A stretch of DNA of 64,000 nt from the NCBI GenBank assembly GCA_002269645.1, contig NIVC01000093.1, positions 186,001 through 250,000 of the forward strand, given 5' to 3'. The DNA is from Macrostomum lignano. Taxonomy: Eukaryota. The position numbers were made by a program, and so were the translations under genes. Within the stretch, counting starts at the first letter, position 1; each line of letters opens with the position of its first letter. The notes beneath the pieces are model-generated. The model worked only from the letters and a program-made list of their open reading frames with translations. It was not told the DNA's origin and searched no databases. Of the stretch, positions 14,180-26,655 are shown one piece after another.

Positions 14180-14665
14180 CAGGTGATGCTGTTGTGAGTC
14201 AGTTGATGCTGTTATGAGTCAGGTGTTGCCGTTGTGAGTCAGGTGATGCTGTTGTGATCAGTTGATGCTGTTGTGAGTCAGGTGTTGCCGTTGTGAGTCG
14301 GGTGTTGTTGTTGTGAGTCAGGTGTTGCCGTTGTGAGTCAGGTGTTGCCGTTGTGAGTCAGGTGTTGTTGTTGTGAGTCAGGTGTTGCCGTTGTGAGTCA
14401 GGTGATGCCGTTGTGAGGCAGGTGATGCTGTTGTGAGTCAGGTGATGCTGTTGTGAGTCAGGTGTTGTTGTTGTGAGTCAGGTGTTGTTGTTGTGAGTCA
14501 GGTGTTGTTGTTGTGAGTCAGGTGTTGCCGTTGTGAGTCAGGTGATGCTGTTGTGAGGCAGGTGATTTTTTTGTGAGTCAGGTGATGCTGTTGTGAGTCA
14601 GGTGTTGCCGTTGTGAGTCAGGTGATGCTGTTGTGAGTCAGGTGTTGCTGCTGTGAGTCAGTTGT
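14180..14665. repeat. Intronic 20-bp minisatellite (GTGAGTCAGGTG[A/T]TG[C/T][C/T]GTT)
   Basis: Period 20, about 24 copies. Confidence 0.95.
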
Positions 14666-14741
14666 GATAATAGTCTAATAGTCGACTGTTATCAATTTAG
14701 TAGCCAAGCTCTCAAGACGCATTTCCGCTATTATCTCGCAG

Positions 14742-14946
14742 ACGGCCTGATCGATTGCAACGACCCAGACTGCTGTCAGCAGCCGGCCTGCCGATCCGGC
14801 GACAGCTGCATCTCCGGCACCAATCCGCGCCAGGTGCTGCTGTCGGAGCCGCCGCTGCCTCTAGTCAGCAGTTTCGAGCGTCGGGTGAAATTTCTCATCG
14901 GCAAGGAGAGCGTGCAATTGTTCGCCAGCATTAGCTTCGATCCCAA
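14742..14946 (+). CDS. TENM: Teneurin exon: Cys-rich linker after the EGF array
   Basis: DGLIDCNDPDCCQQPAC...SFERRVKFLIGKESVQ, the hallmark teneurin DGL.DC.DPDCC motif; ends aa|gtaagc (phase 2). Confidence 0.93.
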
Positions 14947-14994
14947 GTAAGCTCTATTTTAGTAGATTGAGCTCCTGATATTAAAGAAGGTGTC

Positions 14995-15345
14995 TTGACA
15001 CTCAAGTAGACGTCCTGACACTCAAGTAGACGTCCTGGCACTCAAGTAGACGTCCTGACACTCAATTAGACATCCTGACACTCAAGTACCTGACACTCAA
15101 TTAGACATCCTGACACTCAAGTAGACATCCTGACACTCAAGTAGACGTTCTGCCACTCAAGTAGACGTTCTGCCACTCAATTAGACGTCCTGCCACTCAA
15201 TTAGACGTCCTGCCACTCAATAAGACGTCTTGACACTCAATTAGACGTCCTGCCACTCAATTAGACGTCCTGCCACTCAATAAGACGTCTTGACACTCAA
15301 TTAGATATCCCGACGCTTAAATAAGGTATCTTGACACTCGAGTTG
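14995..15345. repeat. Intronic 20-bp minisatellite (CTGACACTCAAGTAGACGTC)
   Basis: Period 20. Confidence 0.94.
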
Positions 15346-15413
15346 TCGATCTTACTCTTTAGTATTCATCCTGACACACAATCAAGCAATCAAATAAACT
15401 TCCTCCTACTCAG

Positions 15414-16156
15414 CTTCATGTCCGTGGTCGTTGGGCGCTTAATCCTCCCGGACGGCTCCTCGGTGATGGCGTGCAGAGTCTGGGACGAGCAGAACGCGCT
15501 TGTCGGCAACACGCTGTCCCGGTCGGACGGCACCTTTCTATTGGTGGTCGTCGGCGGAAAGGCTGTCAAGCTGAGTTTTGCTCGAGTTTTCAATCGCGAT
15601 CAAAACTTTAACTTGGCTATACCAATTTTTGTGCCGACAAATACGTTTCTACACTTGGGCACGGTAGTAATGAGTTCAAATCCTGGCTATAATCCGGACG
15701 AGTTGCCCCTAGGCGGACAGATGTACGCGCCAACCGCGGGTGTGCAGAGCTGTCTTAGTGGAGGCCACGATTACTATCGGCTCAGACCGCGCGTCCACGT
15801 CAGTTATCACGTCGACGAGCTTCCATCGGCTTGGTCGACTGTTTCTAGCAGCGCCGAGCCTCTGTCGAGCGTCTACTTGGAGAAACAGTCGCTCAGACTG
15901 CAAGTACCGGTACCCGATGCTCCGTTCAATCTAGTGTACGTGTCCACCAGATCGATCGGCTACCAAACTGTGTTGGATATTGAGCTCACTGGAGACAGCA
16001 TACCGGATAACCTAGCCGAGGTACTGTGCCACGTCAGCATCGGTGGCAGCATGTTCCGACGTCGTTTTGAGGCCAACACAAATTTGACGTACACTTTTCA
16101 ATGGGACAGGATGGACATGTTCGGCAGGCCCTACACAGGACTGGTCGAGGCCAGAG
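15414..16156 (+). CDS. TENM: Teneurin exon: TTR/carboxypeptidase-like and FN-plug region
   Basis: Within ORF 15331-16182; acceptor tcctactcag, donor ag|gtgagg. Contains RRRFEANTNLTYTFQWDRMDMFGRPYTGL, like teneurin F.WD..D.Y.Q.V.GL. Confidence 0.9.
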
Positions 16157-16541
16157 GTGAGGACACGTATTTTAATGCCTGATAACACTCACGAATTTAT
16201 TTTTAGATAGACCTGAGATCTGCAACGCTTAATTACATTTTTTACATCATTGTAAAAAGAAGAACGCCTCTCTTTGACGTTGACGTTGTTTCGTCACCTT
16301 TTTTTAAGGCAGCGACTGTGAGCGAGTGGAAAGTTAATCTTAGTTGACGACTTGAGCTGTCCTCCACCGTACAAGATGTACACAGCCCTCAGCTGAAATC
16401 ATAACCACATTTCACCAGGTCTGATCCCTAAGCCCTTATCCTTAGCAATAGATAGCCCTGATCCTACTGTAGCTGACTTTGAAAAGATACTATCCACGGT
16501 GTTTAACTAATGACACTGAACTCATACTTCACTCAAAATAG

Positions 16542-16682
16542 TCTCCGTGGGCTACAAGTACGCCAACTGTCCGGATATCGTGTGGGATTTCACCTCGGCC
16601 CAGATGTCGGGCATCGAACTGGTGCCGTCCAGGCTTGGTCAGTGGAGTCTCGACATTGTGCACGCCTACGATTTTGTCAAGG
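16542..16682 (+). CDS. TENM: Teneurin exon: FN-plug region
   Basis: VSVGYKYANCPDIVW...RLGQWSLDIVHAYDFVK, like teneurin VSVGY.Y..C...W...GGW.L..HH; ends g|gtaagt. Confidence 0.92.
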
Positions 16683-17730
16683 GTAAGTCTAGTCTTTTAA
16701 TAAACTCTCTGTATAAGGCACAAACTTTGCGGCCTAATATTTCCTAATTAATCACGAACTTGAGCTCTCTAGTTTGACAAAAAACCAGTACTTGACGAAG
16801 CCAGGACTACTAAGTTGGGCGTGACGGAGAGGACTCAAATTCAATCGAAATTGAGGTCTCTTATTTTCTATCAATTTTTTTCGACCTGGAGATCCAATTC
16901 CGAATTTCGATTTCCCTCTCCCTCTTTCTTTCCTCATCTCCAATCCTACTTGAGACTTTTTTGCGGCTAAGGAGACACAAGAGACGAAAATGAGATTGAA
17001 AAATGAAGAGCCTCTTGTCGCGTCACCTGCCTGACCCGCCATGCCGCGCGGTGTGACCTTAAAGGTTAAGAGGCTGCTTGCCAAAGCGAATCATCCAGAA
17101 GCTGTCTTGGCTCATGAGTGAGTTAGCTAGTTGCAAGGTGACGACGAAGGGTGAGGCGGAGCCAGGCAGGTAAGGGGGTTGAAGGCACACCAACACTCTC
17201 CCTAACCCCCTGAATTTTTTTTTTATACCCCACCCCTTGGCTTGGCGCGTGTCTCAGAGGATTTTTCTCCCACAGCTCTCTGATCGTCGTGTCACGCATT
17301 GCCTGTTCAGTTCAGGCAGCAGTTGGAAAGTGGGAGGCGCATGGAAACACGGAAAGCGCGAGCTCAAAGAGCGAGTCGAGTGTTGAGACCGATCTCAACA
17401 GAGACTACTGAGCCGCTGAATTAGAAATATAAAGTAGGAATTCTGGAGCAAAAAAAATATACATGTAGTTCCACTGTGCAGTGTCAAGCAGTCATAAGAG
17501 GATACTTACCAATGCTAAAGCGAGTTGCAATTTCTCAAGTGTTGAGAACTCCCAAAAAGTATCCACTTTGCCCCGGCTGTTGCTCCAGATTCTGGTCGCC
17601 AAAAGCTGGCACAGAAAATGCCAATGAGTTGAATAAACGGCACGGGAGGACGCAATTGTACCCATCGAGCTGCTCTTTAAGCTCTGAGCAGGATTATTTA
17701 CTAAACTGTCAACTTCACCCCGTTTTCAAG

Positions 17731-18971
17731 GTGTAATCCATCGGGGTGACGGTGGCACCGAGTACCTGAGCCAGCGACCATGGACAATTAGCACAGAAAC
17801 CGGCAACGGGGCCAAGCGTCCGCCAAACTGCGGCGCCGAATGCCGGCTGTCAGCTTCTTTGACATCGTCGTCCGACGGTGTCGAGTTGACCGCGGCCAGG
17901 CTGCTGTCGCCAGTGGCTCTCGCGGTGACAAACGCGGGGCATTTGGTCATTGGTGACGGCCGGTTCATCCGCGTGGCCGACTGGCCGGCAAACGCCGTCC
18001 CAGGCAAGCGGAGGTCCCGGCTTCGAACTCTGTACGAGCAGCCAATTGAATTGGACGCTACCGTCTACCACCTGGCCAACGACATTACTCAACGATCGGG
18101 TAGAGCCGCAGTGTTCATCAGCGACCCGTTCCGTCGCCAGATCTACCAGCTGCGATTTGGAGAACGAGACAGCGTCGAGCATCAGCTGATTGCCGGCAGC
18201 GGCGATGCCTGCCACGGCGATACGATGCTGTCCTGCGGCGACGGAGGCCCGGCGCGTGCTGCAAAGCTAATCGAGCCGAAAGGCTTGGCCATAGACAGGC
18301 GCGGAGTGCTCTACTTCGCCGATGGGTCAAACATCAGGCGCCTAGTGCCCAATGGGGATTCGAGCATCGATGATCGAGCCACGGTTGAGACGGTGGTTGG
18401 TCAAGGCAACTCTGTAATTGACTATTCCCCGTGGCCGTGCTACCGGATGGTCAGAGCCCGAGCAATCAAACTGCGATGGCCGTCAGCCTTGACCTACAAT
18501 CCGGTGGACGACAGTGTGTACTTTCTTGACGACCAGAGCGTGCTAAGACTAACACCGGACGGTTTTGTTCACGTAGTTGCTGGACGACCGCCGCATTGCC
18601 CTCAGCCACCTGATTCAACTTTCCGCCGGATAGCCGCTTTTGAAGAGAAGCTCCTGGAACCTAGCGGCATTGCGTTTAGCCATCGAGGCGAGCTGTACAT
18701 CACAGAGGCGATGATGGCGGGATCGACGCCGCGGGTTCGGGTCATGCGATCTGACGGTCGCTTGCATCCGTTCGCCGGCCAGGAGGCCAGCCCCGAGGAG
18801 CCCTTGGCTGGCGAGGTTCTGCTTGGCCCAGCGTCGCGTGCTCGATTCCGATCGCTCGGAGCTCTAGCGATTAGCCCGTTCGGCGAAGTGTTCCTAGCCG
18901 ATCGAGAGGCGGCGCGAGTCCACAGAGTACATCAGCAACTGCCCCTGCTGAGCGAGTCGCGCACCTATCAG
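17731..18971 (+). CDS. TENM: Teneurin exon: NHL-repeat beta-propeller
   Basis: GVIHRGDGG...LLSPVALAV...CGDGGPARAAKLIEPKGLAIDRRGVLYFADGSNIRRL...LRWPSALTYNPVDDSVYFLD; acceptor ttttcaag, donor cag|gtgggt. Confidence 0.95.
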
Positions 18972-19231
18972 GTGGGTACTTTTATAGTTTAACTATTGGT
19001 TGAAATAGATAAAAATGTACTTACGACGTCTTTTTAACCGAAAGCAACAATACGCTTTCACAATCTCATGAATATTCATAAGCTCGTATAAGACATCCAG
19101 CATTCTTGGTCATAGATATTTCACCCTCAGATCTGTCCAGCCCCTGCTTCAGCGGCGTCTCAGTCACTCTGAGCACGATACATCTCAATTATTATATACC
19201 AATCAATCAATTACTCGTGCTCTTATTCCAG

Positions 19232-19766
19232 GTGATGTCAGCCGATGCTACAGAGTTGTTCACTTTTAACTCGGACGGAAAACACGTCCTAACCGAAGAC
19301 ACCGCAACCGGGGTGGTGAAGTTCAACTTCTCGCACTCAAGCTTCGACAATAATCTCGGCGCTGCGGTGCTAGCAATTCACGTTGGCAGCAGAAAGTTCG
19401 ATTTTAATCATTCGCGCTCGGCCTGCGAGATTATCAACCCCAGCGGGCGTCGACTTCAGCTGACCTACGACGAGAATTTTGGCTACGTGAAGACAATCAA
19501 AGATCTCCAGGGTGGGCTCAACCTCTCGGCGACGTACGATCGGTTCTACACTCGATTTGGTGACTCGGTCGAGGCCAAATCGCGCGGTTACCTCACTGGC
19601 CTGGCAACTGGTGATGGTCGCGTCTGGCAGTTTGAGTACAACCAATTGGACTCAAGTACTGCGCCATCCGGGGACGGAAGCACCGAAGCTCTGGGCCACC
19701 TCACGGCTATGACTAGTCCGGATGGTCGAAGACACGTGCTACGACGTCGGATATTGCGGGAAAAAG
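19232..19766 (+). CDS. TENM: Teneurin exon: start of YD-repeat shell (3' boundary uncertain)
   Basis: VMSADATELFTFNSDGKHVLTEDTATG...; acceptor ttattccag. The phase-1 donor aaag|gtgtgc at 19766 keeps the frame with the next exon, but an earlier donor near 19725 cannot be excluded. Confidence 0.8.
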
Positions 19767-21808
19767 GTGTGCGCACAGATTGCATTGTCCATAGTGGTGG
19801 TGACAGCCTCGTACAATCGGGTGTGCCTGTTGCATCAGCCTCAGTCAGCGGGATGCATGACTCCAATACGGGCAAGTTTCACTCAGTTTAACAGTTCCCG
19901 AACTCGGGACCAAGTCGGCTTGTCGTCGTGATCGTCGTCGTCGTAGTTGTCGTCGTCTCTTTGTCTTTAGTATCGATGTTTTTGCAATTTCTCTTTTTCT
20001 TCTGGGTGTTGTTTCTGATTGTTTATTGCATGCGACACCTTATTACTATTACCTGCTAATCTGAATTCTTACAATTTCTTTTTAGTGGCGCAGCAAAAGC
20101 ATTACTAAGATATAACTTCTACGTTTCATAGTATTTTAGAGGAGCTTCCTGTTACGTAATAGGACTAGAAGAACCGACAAGAGGCTAGTAGTTAAAGCAA
20201 ATCGAAAGGTGATTTATCAAGACTGCGGTCGAGCACAGGTCGAGCTGCTCATTTCCTTCTTTATCGGTGGCATAGAGCTGCCAATAAACTATACATCAAG
20301 CATCATCAATATTGTACGGTCATTCTCCACTTCCTTTGTGTCTGCTTCCACAAATGCGTGCATTTTTGGCACTCATTTCTATAGCAGAAAGCGCTTGACT
20401 TTGTAAATTATTCAATAAAAAATCAGCTTCAATACTTAGTTAGCGATTGCTTCTACAAGGTGTAAACTTGTTGGAAGCCGTGTACCCAACGTGATCCAAT
20501 CAATCATCCAAGTCTACCTATAGAGGTGTAGAATTAGCCAAATGATATACTTCCTCTCTTTGCACAGAGTTCATGCTGCATTTGTTTCCGCCTCTCTCTC
20601 TCTCCCTCTCTCTCTCTCTCTTTTATTACTGCAGTGGAAATGGCTTTGCCTACGTGCCTATCAGCCTGTGATGCTGCAGGATGGAAGCCCAGTGGGGTAT
20701 CTGAGGCCATGAGAGAGAGGGACTGAATTCTAAGCGATGGAATTGACACAATTCTAAGAGGCGTGTTAAAACCCAGGTATTCCAAGATACGAGGTAGTGT
20801 TGGTACCGTAGTTACCTCTCGCTTCGCTTCTACCTATCCCACTTTTCCAGTCCTCGCAACCCTGTCATTAACCGCGCACTCGCACACTTAAGAAACTGTA
20901 GGACCCACCCAATACGCGCGACGCGCGAGGGACAAAAACCTGGGAGAATTCTCCTACTAAGGAGTTTCCCCCAATTATACAAGCACGCTTGTTGGAGGCG
21001 GAGCCATGCCCGCAGAGATTCCAAAAATCTTTGGGAATCTTCTTTCTTGTCTGTCAGGCACGCTTACACGCCGAGCCACATTCCACTATATCGGTGTGTT
21101 TCAGCAACAGCCAGATGCAGTCCTACAATCTGTGGTTGGATGCTACTTTTCCTACTAAAAGTCCCGCTAGTATAATAATGCCCAGCAGCTACTTGCATTA
21201 CTGGGTGGAGTTCATATCATGTTTCTCTGTGGTTGCCAAAAATAGACATCTTAGTCTAAGGAGGGGGAGCAACAGGATGTCAGAGCAGATGCCTAGAGCT
21301 GAAAATCGATTCATTTTCGGTGGGTGAAGCATGAAAGTTCTGCAGGAAAAAAACCGCACACACTCTCAGCAGTTCATCGAACTCAAACGCGCTAACCCAT
21401 ACCTGCCTATTTAGCTGCTTCTGCGAGAAAGCAACTATGTATTATTTAAGGTTGTCCACAGGTTTAAGGCGAAGTAGAACCCGGTAATTATGAGTGTTGG
21501 CACATCCTGCTTTTGGCTTATTTAGCGCGGTTCTCTCTACTCTATACTTAAATGCGCGCCGAGCGAGCAGGATGTGCTGAAATGCAGCTTCAGTGTTTCT
21601 TTTTGCGTGTGACATTCTTTATGAAACTTTAATATTGATGCCCAAATGAGGCAGAAAACTTATTGAGAAAGGTTTGCTGCAAATGAGTTTGCTTGGTACT
21701 TTGGCAACAAACTGATTAAACTATTGAAGCTTTTAATTAGGTTGTATCTATATTCAAATTTTGATTTCATTAGTACTTGTGTCTAGTTGACTTCAATGAT
21801 AAAAATCA

Positions 21809-21932
21809 GGTTGTGACTCCCCTGACACAGATTCCAACGCTACTGACACGGGTTGTGACACGCCTGACACAGATTCCAACGCTACTGACACGGGTTGTGA
21901 CACCCCTGACACACAGATTCCAAAGCCACTGA
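21809..21932. repeat. 42-bp tandem repeat, about 3 copies
   Basis: GGTTGTGA at 21809, 21851 and 21893. Confidence 0.85.
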
Positions 21933-22727
21933 AGCAGACAGACAGCAGTGACCGAAGTTTATCAGCCTACAAAGAAACAGTTTGACATTGCATCGATATG
22001 TCATTGCAAAATTTTCTCTAGTCCCATAAAAATGATAAAAAAACTCTTAGGAAATTCTTTAAAAGCCCCCTAACACTAGCTACAAATACTGATGCGATAA
22101 GAAGCTCCGACTTTGAAGCTAAGGACACCAAATCGTGATTGGACAAGCAGCAGCAAAAGCATCGACCAGGGAGCAGAGGGGATTAAGAAAAGAGGAAATT
22201 ACAATCTCTCGATTCCGCAATCGCAGTGCTCACTTGCCTCCCTCCCACCCTCTATTTGACTGTGGTAAGAAAGTCAGTTCACTTGAGTGACCAGTGAGTC
22301 ACACACACGCACTAGCTCACTAACTGTATTGGCAGGCAGTTGCCAAGGCCTATAGTTCGGGTCAGTGCAGAACGGGATTGCGATTCCCTGCGGGTAGGGG
22401 CGGTACAATCCTATATGGTCATCAATGAGGAGCTTGATGATTCTGTCTCGCGGTCTCAAGGCATCTAATCTTCGGGCCAAGCAACGAGCCCCCCCCCCAG
22501 GAGGCGTCACAAGCTTGCAGTTTTGGGGCACCCACAACTTTGCGGTACTTTCACCGCCTGTCATTCGATTTCATCTTACTCTCCGCGTAATCCCAAACTC
22601 GCTTGGGAATTCAGTTGACCTCAGGGCAGCGATTGCATTTGAAAGTCGTTGCATTATGCGTAGTAAACTAGCACATTGCGTTTAGAATTCCTCGTATAGT
22701 ATTGAGAGCTAGTGCTCGAGCATTATC

Positions 22728-25436
22728 GGGTGTTTTACACTACGGACAGCTAGTCTTCGTGTAACATTGGGTGTTTTACACTACGGACAGTTTTTCTTCG
22801 TGTAACATTGGGTGTTTTACACTACGGACAGCTTTTCTTCGTGTAACATTGGGTGTTTTACACTACGGACAGCTCGTCTTCGTGTAACATCGGGTGTTTT
22901 ACACTACGGATAGTTTTTCTTCGTGTAACATTGGGTGTTTTACACTACGGACAGCTCGTCTTCGTGTAACATTGGGTGTTTTACACTACGGACAGTTTTT
23001 CTTCGTGTAACATTGGGTGTTTTACACTGCGGACAGTTTTTCTTCGTGTAACATTGGGTGTTTTACACTACGGACAGCTCGTCTTCGTGTAACATTGGGT
23101 GTTTTACACTACGGACAGCTCGTCTTCGTGTAACATTGGGTGTTTTACACTACGGACAGTTTTTCTTCGTGTAACATTGGGTGTTTTACACTACGGATAG
23201 TTTTTCTTCGTGTAACATTGGGTGTTTTACACTACGGACAGCTCGTCTTCGTGTAACATTGGGTGTTTTACACTACGGACAGTTTTTCTTCGTGTAACAT
23301 TGGGTGTTTTACACTACGGACAGTTTTTCTTCGTGTAACATTGGGTGTTTTACACTACGGACAGCTCGTCTTCGTGTAACATTGGGTGTTTTACACTACG
23401 GACAGCTCGTCTTCGTGTAACATCGGGTGTTTTACACTACGGACAGCTCGTCTTCGTGTAACATTGGGTGTTTTACACTACGGACAGCTCGTCTTCGTGT
23501 AACATTGGGTGTTTTACACTACGGACAGCTCGTCTTCGTGTAACATCGGGTGTTTTACACTACGGATAGTTTTTCTTCGTGTAACATCGGGTGTTTTACA
23601 CTACGGACAGCTTTTCTTCGTGTAACATTGGGTGTTTTACACTACGGACAGCTCGTCTTCGTGTAACATCGGGTGTTTTACACTACGGATAGTTTTTCTT
23701 CGTGTAACATTGGGTGTTTTACACTACGGACAGCTCGTCTTCGTGTAACATTGGGTGTTTTACACTACGGACAGTTTTTCTTCGTGTAACATTGGGTGTT
23801 TTACACTACGGACAGCTCGTCTTCGTGTAACATTGGGTGTTTTACACTACGGACAGCTCGTCTTCGTGTAACATCGGGTGTTTTACACTACGGACAGTTT
23901 TTCTTCGTGTAACATTGGGTGTTTTACACTACGGACAGCTTTTCTTCGTGTAACATTGGGTGTTTTACACTACGGACAGCTCGTCTTCGTGTAACATCGG
24001 GTGTTTTACACTACGGATAGTTTTTCTTCGTGTAACATTGGGTGTTTTACACTACGGACAGCTCGTCTTCGTGTAAAATCGGGTGTTTTACACTACGGAC
24101 AGCTCGTCTTCGTGTAACATCGGGTGTTTTACACTACGGACAGTTTTTCTTCGTGTAACATTGGGTGTTTTACACTACGGACAGCTTTTCTTCGTGTAAC
24201 ATTGGGTGTTTTACACTACGGACAGCTCGTCTTCGTGTAACATCGGGTGTTTTACACTACGGATAGTTTTTCTTCGTGTAACATTGGGTGTTTTACACTA
24301 CGGACAGCTCGTCTTCGTGTAACATTGGGTGTTTTACACTACGGACAGCTCGTCTTCGTGTAACATCGGGTGTTTTACACTACGGACAGCTCGTCTTCGT
24401 GTAACATTGGGTGTTTTACACTACGGACAGCTCGTCTTCGTGTAACATTGGGTGTTTTACACTACGGACAGCTCGTCTTCGTGTAACATCGGGTGTTTTA
24501 CACTACGGATAGTTTTTCTTCGTGTAACATCGGGTGTTTTACACTACGGACAGCTTTTCTTCGTGTAACATTGGGTGTTTTACACTACGGACAGCTCGTC
24601 TTCGTGTAACATCGGGTGTTTTACACTACGGATAGTTTTTCTTCGTGTAACATTGGGTGTTTTACACTACGGACAGCTCGTCTTCGTGTAACATTGGGTG
24701 TTTTACACTACGGACAGTTTTTCTTCGTGTAACATTGGGTGTTTTACACTACGGACAGCTCGTCTTCGTGTAACATTGGGTGTTTTACACTACGGACAGC
24801 TCGTCTTCGTGTAACATCGGGTGTTTTACACTACGGACAGTTTTTCTTCGTGTAACATTGGGTGTTTTACACTACGGACAGCTTTTCTTCGTGTAACATT
24901 GGGTGTTTTACACTACGGACAGCTCGTCTTCGTGTAACATCGGGTGTTTTACACTACGGATAGTTTTTCTTCGTGTAACATTGTGTGTTTTACACTACGG
25001 ACAGCTCGTCTTCGTGTAAAATCGGGTGTTTTACACTACGGACAGCTCGTCTTCGTGTAACATTGGGTGTTTTACACTACGGACAGCTTTTCTTCGTGTA
25101 ACATTGGGTGTTTTACACTACGGACAGCTCGTCTTCGTGTAACATCGGGTGTTTTACACTACGGATAGTTTTTCTTCGTGTAACATTGGGTGTTTTACAC
25201 TACGGACAGCTCGTCTTCGTGTAAAATCGGGTGTTTTACACTACGGACAGTTTTTCTTCGTGTAACATTGGGTGTTTTACACTACGGACAGTTTTTCTTC
25301 GTGTAACATTGGGTGTTTACACTACGGATAGCTCGTCTTCGTGTAACATTGGGTGTTTTACACTACGGATAGCTCATCTTCGTGTAACATTGGGTGTTTT
25401 ACACTACGGATAGCTCATCTTCGTGTAACATTGGGA
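22728..25436. repeat. Intronic 41-bp satellite, about 66 copies, with higher-order structure
   Basis: Unit GGGTGTTTTACACTACGGA[CAGCTCGT/CAGTTTTT/CAGCTTTT/TAGTTTTT]CTTCGTGTAACAT[T/C]; period 41. Confidence 0.97.
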
Positions 25437-26299
25437 TTTTATATAATTAAAACCTTCACGTTAGATAAGATCTTTCCCATCTTTGACAGTTCATTCTACG
25501 AGTAGACAACTACTAGCGTACGTAGGAGCTTAGTTAAGTACGGAGCTTTAAGCTTTGATGATGCCTGCCGCAATTTATTTCGATTCTTTGATAGGCGTCT
25601 GAATGCGTCTCCCGTTTGCTATTTTTTCCTGCCGTCCAAATAAAAGATGAAAATGTCATTCAGATGGCAATCGGGAACTGGTGCAAATCTTTCCAAGCTT
25701 TTTCGGTGCCAGAGAATCCAGTTTCACTCCGATTCAATGTCGGGGACGTTAAATCTCTATAGCTGCTGCTTCTAATCTTGATGGCCGAAATAGTTGCATT
25801 CTTGCCAAGCAGAAAGAGTCTTTTGTGCATTGGCACTGAAGTACTATATTCTTCATACACCCTCTGAAAGAAAACTAAATAAAAAGGCTGCGCACGATTT
25901 TCGCTGCGTATAAAATGTCATGCTACCATATAGCTGTAGTTTTTATATTTTGTTCCGCATTTATTAATGTTGTCAATCGTATGTTGATTTTAAGCAGCTG
26001 AGTAGCCTTAATAAAGGTGTTTCAGGTTGACTTAAAGGGGTTGCTTAAAAGGATAAGAAACAATTGTCATTCTGAGTCAGAAGTTTGACCAGGTATTTTG
26101 TAGTCGGTTTTGCAGCCGGAAACCGACCTCCAGAGAAGTTAGCCTCAGTTGCAGGTGTCCGTCACCCTCATCGCTCTATTATGTTTTGGTTGTCCACGAT
26201 CCTTTAGTTGTCTGTAGGTGTAGAGAAGTTGAGTAAAGCTGAAATATTGTAATCGCAATGACTTTTAATCGCAATACATCGCACTCTACCCAAAATCAG

Positions 26300-26655
26300 G
26301 CGGCACATCGATCAGCTTCGACTTGTCTGACCTCGGTCGGGTTGCCGGTTTAGTTTCAACGCCGAATCGAGGCCAGATAACCACTCGGGTACAGTGGTTT
26401 CCTCGACTGGGTTACAGCCTTCAGCTATCGACTAGGCGATTAGTCAGCGTCTCATTGAATGGGTCGGGACCAGTTAGGGCCTGGCACAATGCCAGCTGGA
26501 GTCGGGTGGCGCTTCCAGCTCAATATCGATCGGTTATTGATGCCAATGTGGCCCTGATAGGGCACCATCCCGGCTTGACGACCCGGGGCGACCTCGAGGT
26601 TGTCCAGCACGGCAGTAGCTCGCCCATGCCGGGACTTCATCAGAAAGTTTTCAAG
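26300..26655 (+). CDS. TENM: Teneurin exon: YD-shell segment
   Basis: aaatcag|GC (phase 1), GTSISFDLSDLGRVAGL...PMPGLHQKVFK|gtaggt. Phases fit both neighbouring exons. Confidence 0.78.

Noticed and set aside
20000-22700. Short ORFs in the large teneurin intron (for example 22274-22564)
   Set aside because: No recognisable motif, and exons 19232-19766 and 26300-26655 already join in frame.
22728-25436. CRISPR-like array (constant hairpin plus variable segment)
   Set aside because: The variable part is only 8 bp with four recurring states, there are no unique spacers or cas genes, and the context is a eukaryotic intron.
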